From an uncultured delta proteobacterium (GTDB lineage Bacteria; Desulfobacterota; Syntrophia; Syntrophales; UBA5619): DNA of 64,000 nucleotides. Position numbers and translations under genes: made by a program. The stretch lies in contig CAWFOM010000025.1 of NCBI GenBank assembly GCA_963817385.1, positions 1 to 64,000 on the forward strand, written 5' to 3'. The notes under the pieces are model-generated. The model had not been told where the DNA came from, did no database searches, and saw only the letters and a program-made list of their open reading frames with translations. Positions 21,940 through 32,319 of this stretch are shown piece after piece (position 1 is the first letter of the stretch; each line of letters starts with the position of its first letter).

Positions 21940-23626
21940 ATGAGGCTGATCTATGTGGCCGACATCCACGGCGCCTTTGAGAAGATCAAGACCCTTCTGG
22001 GCGAAACGGTCGCCGATGTCTACGTCATTTCCGGGGATCTGATCGACATCCCCTTCTATCACATGGGGATGGCCATCCGTTACCACGAACTCCAGACCTA
22101 TTTCCACGGGTTGCGGGGGCGGATGGGAAAGACCGACATGGGGATCGAGGATTTTGTCGATGAACTCCTCAATCTGCCGGAAACCCCGGATGAGATCCAG
22201 AGGCGAGGGTCGACCTATCAGCAGTACACGATCCGGGCGCGGCGGGTCATGCAGCAGAAATACAAGGTCCTGGAAAGCATCATCTCCTTGAAACAGAATA
22301 CCCGCGTCTTCTGCCTTCCCGGCAACTACGACATGGACCTCAAATATACCTCCTTGCACGAACAGGATCTCCATCTCAACTGGTACCAGCTTGATCAGTT
22401 GCGGATCGCGGGCTACGGGGGTGCTGACGTCTGGACCGCCGGGATCCCCGAGCGCTACATCGTGAAGTACCGGGCGGGAATCGGTGTGGATGAAAAACAC
22501 AACGAGATGTACGCCTTTTTCAAGGCAGTAAAGCCGGACATCATCGTGACCCACCAGCCCCCCTACGGCATTCATGACGGCGTCCCCTCGACCGGCCCTT
22601 CCGGTTCGCCGACGCTTCGCTCTTTTTGTGATACCAATCCCGTCACCTTGTCGCTTTCCGGCCACATCCACGCCGCTTGCGGCTTTCAGGCTTCGGAAAA
22701 CACGCTCTTTCTCAACCCCTCCAATTTCGGTGAGGTGACGGACATCACCGCAGAGGTGTACGAGGGAGGGTTTTTCTATGTCATCGAGTTTGAGGCGAAC
22801 CGGATCGTCCGGGTGAGCCTGAAGAAACTCGTCGAGCAGCGGATCTCCGATATCGCTACTCACTGCGTGCGCGATGGCCGGTGGGTGGAGCGAATTGTCG
22901 ATCATGAGCGGTATGACGCCTTCCGGCGACGGGAGAATTTCGACACCAAGGTGGTGAAATATTCCCATATCCCGGAGATCGAACTCTACAACGAGCTCAA
23001 GCAGTTCTACCGGATGTTCCAGACCCGGGAAACCGATGAGCGGCTGGATATGCTCGAGCAGGTTGCGCTCCTCATGGAGGACAAGATCGGCGACGATATC
23101 GCGATGGACGTGGTCGGTTCGGTGAATGTCGGCCTGTCCGAGAAGAGTTCCGACATCGATTTCGTCCTCTACCTGAGGTGCGACTCGGGATGCGCGGTGG
23201 GTTTTGCCCAATGCGAACGCTACCGGCGGGCGGAAGCGATGATCAGGGAGATCATCGGGACGAGGTATCGGGCGGAGATCCTCGACTGCGTCGATCTCAA
23301 CCAAGTGGAGAAGAGCATCCGGGAAAAGAATTACGAGTGCGAGACGACCCAGCGGTTCGTGAGTTACCGGGCACTCGGCCGGCCTATCAATTACCGGGTC
23401 ATCGGCCCGACTCGAGACGCTCCTCAATCAGGACATGGACTATCGACAGGAGCTGGAGGGAAGTATCCGCTCCTATTTCAAGATCTTCGTGGCTATGTCG
23501 CAGAACGTCAAGTCGTTTCACAAATACGAGGCGCGTCTGAATGCGATCGGCATCAAACTTCCCGAATCCATCCGGGGCAAGGTCCGACAGTATCTCCAGG
23601 GGAGCGGGGGAGAAAACAGGAAATAG
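21940..23626 (+). CDS. Calcineurin-like metallophosphoesterase fused to a Pol-beta-type nucleotidyltransferase; frameshift near 23410
   Basis: ADIHG, SGDLID, PGNYD, THQPP and GHIH, followed by VGSVNVG...SDIDFVLY. Confidence 0.75.
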
Positions 23627-23710
23627 AGGTTTGCGCTTACGGACGGGATGGTGTAAATTCACCTGCGATCACTGGTGAAATGCGGCAGACGCCGGGAAGG
23701 CGCCGAAGCG

Positions 23711-24763
23711 ATGGGACACGTGAAAAATACCAACATCCTCTTCTCCATCATTCTCGGGGGAGTAACGCTCCTGTTCCTCTATCTTCTCAAACCCTTTTTC
23801 TTTCCCATCTTCTGGGCCGCCGTCATCGCCGGAATCTTTCATCCGCTCTACCGGCGTATCAACCGGCGGATGAACAGTCCGACCCTGAGCACAATGATCA
23901 TCTTTCTCGTCATCGCCGTACTCATACTCCTGCCGGCGGGGATCGTCGGCAAGCTTGTCTTCAATGAATCCCTCCAGCTTTATGGAACCCTGAGCCCGGG
24001 CACGAAAAACTTCGACCGCAGCTTCGACCACATCATCGGTGCAATTGCCGATACTCCCCTCGCCAAGCTCTTCCACGTGAACAAGGCATTCCTGAGCGCA
24101 AAGACGGCGGAAGTCGTGCGGAGCGTAACGAACTATATCTTCGTCAACCTGACGGCGCTGACACAGAACACGTTGGCGCTTCTCGTCCAGTTTGCGATCA
24201 TGCTCTACACCTTGTTCTTTTTCATCCGTGACGGGGATAAATTTCTCCGGATGGCGATGCGGATCTGCCCGCTCGGTATGGGGCGGGAAAAACTCCTCTA
24301 CGACCGCTTCCGGGTGACGGCGCGCTCGACGCTGAAGGTGACCTTGATCATCGGCGGCATCCAGGGAATGCTGGGGGGGATCGTCTTTTTCATTACGAAC
24401 ATCGAAGGAGCCCTGATCTGGGGGCTTCTGATGATCCTCATGGCCATCGTCCCCGTGGTCGGTTGTTCCATCATCTGGGGGCCCGCCGGGATCCTGATGC
24501 TCCTCACCGGCCACATCTGGGAGGGGGTGCTGATCCTCGTTTTCGGCGTCGCCGTGATCAGCATGATCGACAACCTGCTGCGTCCCGTCCTCATCGGAAA
24601 AGACGTGGAGATGCATCCGCTCCTGATCTTCCTCTCCACGCTCGGAGGCATTGTTCTCTTCGGTTTTTCCGGCTTCGTCATCGGGCCGATCATCACGTCG
24701 ATGCTCTTGGCGATCTGGGATATGTACGACGAATTCTATCAGAAGGAAGACACTCAGTCATAG
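23711..24763 (+). CDS. AI-2E family transporter
   Basis: Multi-TM protein with DNLLRP, HPLLIFLSTLGG and GFVIGP motifs. Confidence 0.9.
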   Translation: MGHVKNTNILFSIILGGVTLLFLYLLKPFFFPIFWAAVIAGIFHPLYRRINRRMNSPTLSTMIIFLVIAVLILLPAGIVGKLVFNESLQLYGTLSPGTKNFDRSFDHIIGAIADTPLAKLFHVNKAFLSAKTAEVVRSVTNYIFVNLTALTQNTLALLVQFAIMLYTLFFFIRDGDKFLRMAMRICPLGMGREKLLYDRFRVTARSTLKVTLIIGGIQGMLGGIVFFITNIEGALIWGLLMILMAIVPVVGCSIIWGPAGILMLLTGHIWEGVLILVFGVAVISMIDNLLRPVLIGKDVEMHPLLIFLSTLGGIVLFGFSGFVIGPIITSMLLAIWDMYDEFYQKEDTQS

Positions 24764-25758
24764 ATCCCCAGGACGGTGTAGACCGTGGCCGCAATCAGGG
24801 CGGAAAGGGGAATCGTCAGGATCCATGCCCAGATGATCGTTCCCGCCACCCCCCAGCGCACCGCAGTGAGGCGGTGCGTGGCGCCGACGCCGACGATGGC
24901 GCCGGTGATCGTATGGGTCGTGCTGACGGGGATGCCCAGGAGCGAGGCGCCGATGATGGTAGTGGCGCCCGATGCCTCGGCGGCGAATCCGCCGATCGGG
25001 GCGAGCTTCGTGAGACGTACGCCCATGGTCTTGACGATCCGCCAACCCCCGAACATTGTCCCGAGGGCGATGGCGCCGTGGCACGAGAGGATGATCCACA
25101 GCGGTGCGTGCTTCCCGAGCTCGGCAGCGGTCATGTGTCCGGTCGAGAAGAGGATCAGCATGATGATCCCCATCGTCTTCTGCGCATCGTTGAGGCCGTG
25201 GGCAAGCGAGTATGCCGCTGCGGAGGCAAGCTGGAGTTTTCGGAAGATCCCGTCGACCTTTGCCGGGGTCTTCCGCCGTACGACCCAGAGCACTCCGACC
25301 GTGTAGAGGAAGCCCAGCAGGAAACCGATGAGCGGCGACAGGACGATGAAAAGCGTGATCTTGATGATCCCGGCTCCCTGCAGGACCCCCCAGCCGGCGT
25401 GGACCACCGCAGCCCCGGCAAGACCGCCGATGAGGGCGTGCGACGACGACGAGGGGAGGCCCAGCCGCCACGTGATGAGGTTCCAGACGATTGCTCCGAC
25501 CAGGCCGGCGGACACGACCGCCAGGGTAATCGCTCCGGGGTCGACGACTCCCTTCCCGATGGTGGTGGCCACCTTGGTCTCGAAGAAGAATGCGGCGACA
25601 AAGTTGAAGAACGCGGCCCAGAGGACGGCATGTTGCGGCTTGAGTACGCGGGTTGAAACGACGGTGGCGATGGAGTTTGCGGCGTCGTGGAAACCATTGA
25701 TGAAGTCGAATGCCAATGCCAACAGAATGAGAGCGATGACCAGTGCCGCATCAGCCAT
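24754..25758 (-). CDS. pit: PiT-family inorganic phosphate transporter
   Basis: NGFHDAANSIATVV, PSSSSH, HGLNDAQK and PVSTTH motifs. Confidence 0.93.
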   Translation of the reverse strand: MADAALVIALILLALAFDFINGFHDAANSIATVVSTRVLKPQHAVLWAAFFNFVAAFFFETKVATTIGKGVVDPGAITLAVVSAGLVGAIVWNLITWRLGLPSSSSHALIGGLAGAAVVHAGWGVLQGAGIIKITLFIVLSPLIGFLLGFLYTVGVLWVVRRKTPAKVDGIFRKLQLASAAAYSLAHGLNDAQKTMGIIMLILFSTGHMTAAELGKHAPLWIILSCHGAIALGTMFGGWRIVKTMGVRLTKLAPIGGFAAEASGATTIIGASLLGIPVSTTHTITGAIVGVGATHRLTAVRWGVAGTIIWAWILTIPLSALIAATVYTVLGIYD

Positions 25759-26372
25759 TTTTCAGGACGATCCCTTCCACGATATTTGAGACGTCTTCGC
25801 AGACGTCGATCGCCTCTTCGATCCGCTCGTGGATCTCCTTCCACTTGATCAGTTCGCGGACATCCTGTTCGTTCTCGAACAGATGCGCCATCGCCGCACG
25901 CAGAATTACATCCCCTTCGTTTTCCAGGGTATTGATCTCGACGCTGGTTTGGAGGATCAGCGTGGCGTTTTTCATATCCCTGAGGGCGTGGATGATCGTT
26001 TTGACCTTTCCGATCGACTTGTTGAGTACTCCTTGCCTGCTCGATGAGTTCCGGGGCCAGCTTCTTCACGCGGTAGAGGAAAATCCGGGCGGCCGACGCC
26101 TCCGTCATATCGAGGATGCTGTCCATCTTGTTGATGAGGCTGTGGATGTCCTCGCGGTCGAGCGGGGTGAGGAAGGTCGTGTGCATCTTCTCATAGGTCC
26201 GGTGGGTGATGATGTCCGCTTCGTGTTCAATCTCTTTGAGCCTTGCTACCTGGGGTTCGCTGTAGGAGCCTCCCTCCGCCAGCTCCAGGAAGAGCTTTCC
26301 CCCGACTTCGATCTTGTCGGCCAGCTCCTCGAACAGATCGAAGAATTTTTCTTCTCTCGGAAAAAATCGCAT
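25751..26372 (-). CDS. DUF47 (PhoU-like) Pit accessory protein; frameshift near 26030
   Basis: EHEAD, TFLTPLDREDI, LENEGD and IKWKEI motifs. Confidence 0.9.
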
Positions 26373-26583
26373 CGGGATGATCCTTCCTTATCAAGATCGT
26401 ACAGGATAATCCATGGAGATCAACCGGGACAATGCCCCGCTTTGTTTGGGGATGGCATCCTTCCATGCGGCTCGGGGAAACATATCAAATTCCCTCTGAC
26501 CTGAGGTGATGATACCTATTACCATTTTTCATGAAGTGAAGCAAGATTGAATGCAGAGAATACGTCGGATTCGTGAGGAACAA

Positions 26584-27102
26584 TTAAATGCGTTCCCCCT
26601 GTTTATTGATGAGAGGTTTGACGAAGATTACTTTCCCGTCCCCTGTGGCATAGAAGTCCGCGAGGAAGGCCTCCTGAAGATAGCCACAGCTGACGTAGAA
26701 GGCGCGGGTCGGTTCGTACTGGGGGCGGGAGGAGGTGTCCGCATAGACGAGCCACGCTCCGCGCCCTGCCATGATCCGCTCGGAGGCGGCCATGAGGTTC
26801 TTTCCGAGACCCCTCCCCTGCCCGTTCGGGTCCACGGCGATCCAGTAGAGGTCCCAGCTGTGGACCGAGCCGGGGATAGGGCCGAAACACGTGTAGCCAA
26901 GGAGACGGCCCTCCTCTTCGGCGAAGAGAAAAAAGTAGCCGCTCGCCTCACCCTTCGCCAGCCGCTCTTCCACGAGCTCACTGGCGATCCCTTCTTCCTC
27001 CTCCGAGAAGAACCCCGTTGCGCGGACAAGCCAGCCGACCGCCTCCGGATCACCCTGCCGCGGCTCCTCCCGGTAGGTGATTTTCCTGTTTACATCAGGC
27101 AT
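26584..27102 (-). CDS. GNAT N-acetyltransferase
   Basis: LYWIAVDPNGQGRGLG acetyl-CoA motif; YEPTRAFY. Confidence 0.9.
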   Translation of the reverse strand: MPDVNRKITYREEPRQGDPEAVGWLVRATGFFSEEEEGIASELVEERLAKGEASGYFFLFAEEEGRLLGYTCFGPIPGSVHSWDLYWIAVDPNGQGRGLGKNLMAASERIMAGRGAWLVYADTSSRPQYEPTRAFYVSCGYLQEAFLADFYATGDGKVIFVKPLINKQGERI

Positions 27103-28079
27103 GGGGGAGGTCTCCGATGATCCGCTGCAGGACTTCGGGGAGCGCCAGGCCTGCCCGGAGTGTCGCCGCGGAGAAGCCCGCATCGGGCGAAAGACAAGGA
27201 TTCGCGTTCACCTCGAGAATCCAGGGGCGGCCCTCCCGATCGACCCGGAAGTCGACCCGGGCATATCCGCGGAGGTTGAAGAGTCGCCAGCACTTGAGCG
27301 CAAGCTCCTTCAGGTGCGCGATGAGGGGTGCGTCCGTCTCAAGAAATTCGAACGACCGCGGGGTGTGGTTGAACTCGAACGAGCCTTCCTCCCACTTTGA
27401 TCGGTAGCCGACGACGCGGACCTTTCCGGGCGGGTATGCATCGAAGCGGATCTCCGCCGGGGGAAGGACCTCGGGGCCGTTCACGCCCGCCAGGAGCGAG
27501 AGGTTCAGTTCACGGCCGTCGATGAAGGCCTCGGCAAGGCACGCCCCTCCCAGTGAGCCCCGACGTTTATCCATCTCCGCAAGAAGTCTTCTCCCGGTCG
27601 GCTTCCGGTAAGACCGAATCTTCATCGAGCCCGATTGAAGCGTGCTCCCAGACCGATTTGACGAGCCAGGGGCCTTCGATCCGCAGGTTCTCACGCGTCT
27701 CCGAGGCGGTGAACCAGGGCGGCGTCGGAAGGCCGGCGGCGGCGAGCCACTGCTTGGCGAGGACCTTATTCGAAGTCAGCATCATCGCCTCCGTCCCCGC
27801 GCCGGTGTAGGGGAGCTGCAGAGTATCGAGCAGGGCGGGAACGATATGGATGAGGCTGCCCCTGCCGGATATCGTCTCCACGAGATTGAATGCCATCGCG
27901 GGGCCGAGCGCGGCGATCGTCCGGACGGCCTCCGCGAGGTTCAGGGAGACGGGCATGGCCACCGGCTCATGGCCCATCGCCGCGAGGCCCCGGGAGACGA
28001 AATCGACTTGGGTGAGGACGTCCTTCTCGTCCCGACCCGCATCTGCGGCCACTTCCCCGTGGATGACAGCGATTTTCAT
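27095..28079 (-). CDS. D-Ala-D-Ala ligase-like ATP-grasp enzyme 2; frameshift near 27590
   Basis: FNLVE, PYTG, EHASIG, GYARVDFR and EVNANPCL motifs. Confidence 0.88.
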
Positions 28080-28100
28080 GCGGCAAGACCCTGATGAGCG

Positions 28101-28174
28101 GTCATTGCGAGCAGGCGGGAGTCCGACGAAACAACCGGAACCGTCATGGGATTGCTTCACCCCTTTCGCCATGA
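28101..28174. repeat. Degenerate REP-like palindromic element
   Basis: GTCATTGCGAG...CGAAACAACC...GGGATTGCTTC...TCGCCATGA; same family as 29202..29285. Confidence 0.55.
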
Positions 28175-29149
28175 ACGGGGATACGCTTCAGGGCAGAGCG
28201 CATGATCCCGGCGATCAACTCCCGGTAGGGCATCCCGGCGAGATCGCAGAGGATCGGGAGATCCGAGTGGTCGGGGCGCAAGCCCGCCAGGGGGTTGACC
28301 TCCATGAAGTGGGGGATCCCGTTCGCATCGGCGCGCAGATCGATCCTCCCTCCGTCGCGGCAGCCGAGACCGCGCCAGGCGGCGAGCGCCGTCTTTTCCG
28401 CCAGCCGCGCCATCGCGTCCGTGGCGAGGCGATACTCGATCCGCCCGTGCCAGTCCTCCTTGTTGATATAGGAGTAGACCTCCTTTTCGGCTTTTTCCGT
28501 GAAATGGACCTCCAGCACCCCCGGGGCGAATGCCTCCCTGCCGGTCCCGATGATCCCGACGGTGAACTCCCGCCCGGGGAGAAAGGTCTCAACGAGGACG
28601 GGCTGGCGGAAGGTTTCCAGGAGCGCACGGCAGACCCGTTCCAATCCGCTGCGGTCGGTGATCTTCGAGGCGGCGGTCACCCCTTTCCCCGTTCCCTCCG
28701 CGACCGGCTTGGCAAAGAGGGGAAACGGGAGTCGCGACCCCCGCGATCTCCTCCGGGGATTCGATGACGGCGAAGTCGGGTGTCGGGATTCCGAGGTCGC
28801 GGATCACGCGTTTCGTCATTCCCTTGTGGAGGGTGAGGGTGAGTATCAGCGGGTCGGAAAACGTATAGGGGATATCATAGGCGTCCAGGAGCGCCGGGAC
28901 CTGCGCCTCGCGGCCGAACCCCCGCAGCCCCTCGGCAATGTTGAATATGAGGTCCCATCGTTCGCCTGCGATGAGCCGCTTCGCCAGCGCCCGGATGTGG
29001 CCGATCCGGTCCGTCTCGTAACCGAGATCGCGCAGCGCCCCTTCGATCGCCGCGATCGTTGCCGGATGGTCGAATTCCGCCGTCTCTTCCTCTCCGTATC
29101 CTTCGGCGAGGTAATCGTCCCGAAGGTCGTATGTCATGCCGATTTTCAC
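28144..29149 (-). CDS. D-Ala-D-Ala ligase-like ATP-grasp enzyme 1; frameshift near 28730
   Basis: IGMTYDL, FNIAEG, REAQVP, GREFTVG, RIDLR and EVNPLAGL motifs. Confidence 0.88.
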
Positions 29150-29201
29150 GTTTGTTATCCTGAGCATCCCGCTATCGTTTTGCCGGCCTTCGGCCGCCTC
29201 C

Positions 29202-29285
29202 TCATTATGACGGCTTGGGTCATGGTGAAGCGAAGCAATCTCATGGTGAGAGAGATTGCTTCGTCCGGCTTGGGCCTCGCAATGA
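29202..29285. repeat. REP-like palindromic element
   Basis: Perfect 12-bp inverted repeat CGAAGCAATCTC...GAGATTGCTTCG, ending in CTCGCAATGA. Confidence 0.7.
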
Positions 29286-29336
29286 AAAAGGGGGTCTGCG
29301 CCCCCCTGTCCGGAAGGGGAAGAGGGGCGCAGGATC

Positions 29337-30644
29337 TCAGTGGATGACGCTTTCCGTCGAGGGGCAGTCCGGATACCGGAAGACATTCCCTTCATAGTTG
29401 CGCAGGAGAAGATCGCCGTTCTCCTGCCCCACAACATATTCGGGCAGGAGCGGGATCTTTCCGCCGCCTCCGGGGGCGTCTACGACGTAGGTCGGCACCG
29501 CGTAGCCGGTTGTGAATCCGCGCAGTCCCCGGATGACATCGAGCCCTTTTGCGACCGGGGTCCGGAAATGGGAGGAGCCGGGGATCGGATCGCACTGGTA
29601 GAGGTAATAGGGCTTGACCCGGATCTTCAGCAGTCCCTGGACGAGTCGCTTCATCGTCTCCACATCGTCGTTGATCCCGGAAAGCAGCACCGTCTGGCTC
29701 CCGAGGGGGATCCCCGCGTCGGCGAGGCGCATGCAGGCCCGCGACATCTCCGGCGTCAGCTCGTCCGGATGTGCCGCATGGATGCTGATCCAGAGGGGAT
29801 GATAGCGCTTGAGCATCTTTACCAGCGCGGGCGTGATCCGTTGCGGCAGGACCGCCGGCGCCTTCGTACCGATCCTGATGAGCTCCACGTGGGGGATCCG
29901 CCGCAGGCGCATGAGCAGCCATTCCAACTGTTCATCGGCCAAGGTCAGCGGATCGCCGCCGGAGAGGAGGACGTCCCGCACTTCCGGATGCGCTGCGATA
30001 TACTCAATGCCTTTTTCCCACTGATCGGTATCCAGACAGTGGTTGCCGTGATGTCCGACCATCCGCGAACGGGTACAGTAGCGGCAGTAGGTCGAGCAGA
30101 TCCCCGTCACCAGAAACAGGACACGATCGGGATAGCGGTGAACGATACCGGGAACCGGGCTGTCTTCATCCTCATGGAGCGGATCGTCCGCCTCGCCGCT
30201 GCTGCGGAAATGTTCGTGTACGGTGGGCACAACCGTCCGGCGCAGGGCCTGCTTATGGTTCCACGGATCGAGAAGACTTGCGTAGTAGGGGGTGATCGCC
30301 AGCGGGAGAGAGCCCGCCGAACCGCTCATCGCGTGACGCTCATCCTCCGACAGACGGATCATCCTGCCCAGCGTCGCCATATCGCGGATGCGGTTGCGGA
30401 GCTGCCAGTGCCAATCCTGCCATTCCTTGAGGGTGATGTCGGGGAAAAAACGTTTCCGGAAGGCCCGCGATCGGCTGTCGCTTAAAAAAGTCAGCCTGGG
30501 TACCGGCCTGGCCGGAACCGCGGTGGGTGGGTAAAGGGTGTTTAGGGACGTACCAACATGTTCGCTGTACTGGTTTAGACCGACAATGTCGGTCAACCTA
30601 CCTGGAGGTTCTGCCTCCTCCACGAAAAGAGTTTCACTTTCCAT
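29337..30644 (-). CDS. kamA: KamA-family radical SAM enzyme (lysine 2,3-aminomutase-like)
   Basis: HRYPDRVL, CSTYCRYCTR, SGGDPL, PYYLYQCD and VDAPGGGGKIP motifs. Confidence 0.92.
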   Translation of the reverse strand: MESETLFVEEAEPPGRLTDIVGLNQYSEHVGTSLNTLYPPTAVPARPVPRLTFLSDSRSRAFRKRFFPDITLKEWQDWHWQLRNRIRDMATLGRMIRLSEDERHAMSGSAGSLPLAITPYYASLLDPWNHKQALRRTVVPTVHEHFRSSGEADDPLHEDEDSPVPGIVHRYPDRVLFLVTGICSTYCRYCTRSRMVGHHGNHCLDTDQWEKGIEYIAAHPEVRDVLLSGGDPLTLADEQLEWLLMRLRRIPHVELIRIGTKAPAVLPQRITPALVKMLKRYHPLWISIHAAHPDELTPEMSRACMRLADAGIPLGSQTVLLSGINDDVETMKRLVQGLLKIRVKPYYLYQCDPIPGSSHFRTPVAKGLDVIRGLRGFTTGYAVPTYVVDAPGGGGKIPLLPEYVVGQENGDLLLRNYEGNVFRYPDCPSTESVIH

Positions 30645-30732
30645 CCGTTCTGCCTCCTAATAAAAAAATTTCTTATCTGCCCGCTCATGCGGGAGTGACG
30701 ACATTTTACCAACGCCGCCTTGTTAATGCTCA

Positions 30733-30758
30733 AAAAGAGAGGACGAGGCCTCTCTTTT
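30733..30758 (-). terminator. Terminator/attenuator hairpin in the kamA leader
   Basis: Minus strand AAAAGAGAGG-cctcgt-CCTCTCTTTTT. Confidence 0.7.
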
Positions 30759-30811
30759 CAGATGAACCGATCATTCTGCCACGATCTCTGTATTTTGTAT
30801 GCGAATGTCAC
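30758..30811 (-). CDS. Putative leader peptide MTFAYKIQRSWQNDRFI
   Basis: GAGG RBS 5 nt before GTG; 17 codons; the TGA overlaps the start of the hairpin. Confidence 0.55.
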   Translation of the reverse strand: MTFAYKIQRSWQNDRFI

Positions 30812-30906
30812 GCCCGCCTCAGTCCCGTTGATTTTACCCGTCGCTCTACTCCTTTTAATAGGAGCTGTCAATAGATAATTTTGTTCATCATGCATGATCA
30901 TAACCA

Positions 30907-31161
30907 TCACGTTTGCTTGACGATATAACTCCTGACGGTGATAACCATCCTGCCTTTCTCATCCTCGCTCAAGGGACCGGTCGCCTCGACTTGGCGCTGG
31001 AGATAACCGAGGAGCTCCCGTCCCTTCCGGTTGCCGCCAATGCGGTACTCTTTTTCGTCGGGCGTGGCGAGGGCCGCGGCGATCACGTCATGGTCGTCAT
31101 TCCACTCCATCGGGATGACAATTCCCGTCAGGGTGGCGGATTGAGTTTTTTTGAGAGCCAT
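30907..31161 (-). CDS. Small hypothetical protein
   Basis: 84-aa ORF (GIVIPMEW...EY); GAGG RBS. Confidence 0.7.
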   Translation of the reverse strand: MALKKTQSATLTGIVIPMEWNDDHDVIAAALATPDEKEYRIGGNRKGRELLGYLQRQVEATGPLSEDEKGRMVITVRSYIVKQT

Positions 31162-31471
31162 AACGCATTTTCCTCGGTGGTAAGAGTAAGGAAAATCTGT
31201 GCCATAGTGACAATGCGCTGTTACCATTGAATATTTATAAAAATGCTTCCCGGGTGATAGGAACAAAATATTCCGATCATCATGGGAAGAAAAGGCAGGT
31301 AAACAATGATCCCGGGAGTTATATGGAACAATATATTAATATAATTGATATAATTTAATTCGGAATATCATGTTCCGATAATTTTCTAAAAGGAACTGGA
31401 GGTTCCTGTATCTTTTCCCCTTGACATGACACCCCTCTCGGCTTACACAAAAAACACGTTTGAAAGGATAG

Positions 31472-32254
31472 ATGATGCCCGAATTACCTGAAGTCGAGAC
31501 CCTCTGCCGCCAGCTGAATGAAATCATTCCGGGCGAGGAAATCCTTGCCGTCGAGGTGCTCGATTCCCGCCTGGGGATGGTTCCTTCTCTGATCGGGGAA
31601 AGGGTTGTGTCTGTGTACCGCCGGGGGAAATGGATGCAGATCGAGATGGAAAACGGCCTGACGGCGGCGCTCCACCTCCGCATGACCGGCCGTCTCCTCT
31701 GGCAGACTGACGGCGCGCCCCTCCCCTCCCACACGCGCCTGGTGATCTCTTTTCCCGCCGGACGGCTGCTCCTGATCGATCCGCGGCGCTTCGCCGTCTT
31801 CTGCATGCGACCGGCGGATACGGCCCCGGCACCCCTGGCGAATCCGCTGGAAAAGATTCCGGCGCGCCGCCTCCGGGAGATCGCCGAAGGGCGGCGGCTC
31901 CCGGTAAAATCCTTTCTCATGGATCAGCGCTTCATTGCCGGGATCGGGAACATCTATGCATGCGAGATCCTCTTCAAGGCGGCTGTTGATCCGCGGCGGC
32001 CGGCGGGAAGCCTGACGGCCGCCGAATGGCGGAAGGTGGAGAAGGCCGCCGCGGCGGTCCTCTGCCGGGCCGTGGCCTGCCGGGGGACGACGGTCTCCGA
32101 CTGGCGGGACCTCTTCGGCATGAGCGGCACGAATCAGGAACACCTGGAGGTCTACTCGCGGGAAGGGGAGCCCTGCCGCCGCTGCGGCGGCAGGATCGAG
32201 CGCACGACGATGGCAGGGCGGGGGACCTGGTTCTGCCCGGCCTGTCAGAAATGA
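31472..32254 (+). CDS. mutM: Formamidopyrimidine-DNA glycosylase
   Basis: PELPEVE, RRGK, HLRMTG, GIGNIY and a C-terminal zinc finger. Confidence 0.95.
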   Translation: MMPELPEVETLCRQLNEIIPGEEILAVEVLDSRLGMVPSLIGERVVSVYRRGKWMQIEMENGLTAALHLRMTGRLLWQTDGAPLPSHTRLVISFPAGRLLLIDPRRFAVFCMRPADTAPAPLANPLEKIPARRLREIAEGRRLPVKSFLMDQRFIAGIGNIYACEILFKAAVDPRRPAGSLTAAEWRKVEKAAAAVLCRAVACRGTTVSDWRDLFGMSGTNQEHLEVYSREGEPCRRCGGRIERTTMAGRGTWFCPACQK

Positions 32255-32319
32255 CAACTGGCACCGATGGTATTTTTGGGGATTGATCTCGCCGATCACC
32301 GATTACGAGAGGCTCATCG

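Noticed and set aside
26490..26560. Pho box upstream of DUF47-pit
   Set aside because: TCAT/TCAC-like units are not at an 11-bp period.
29337..30644. EpmB (EF-P modification) or lysine-fermentation role for kamA
   Set aside because: No efp/epmA or kamDE adjacent; the context is ligases plus GNAT.
31188..31205. Sigma54 promoter (TGGCACAGATTTTCCT, minus strand)
   Set aside because: The -12 position reads CC instead of the conserved GC; too weak to call.
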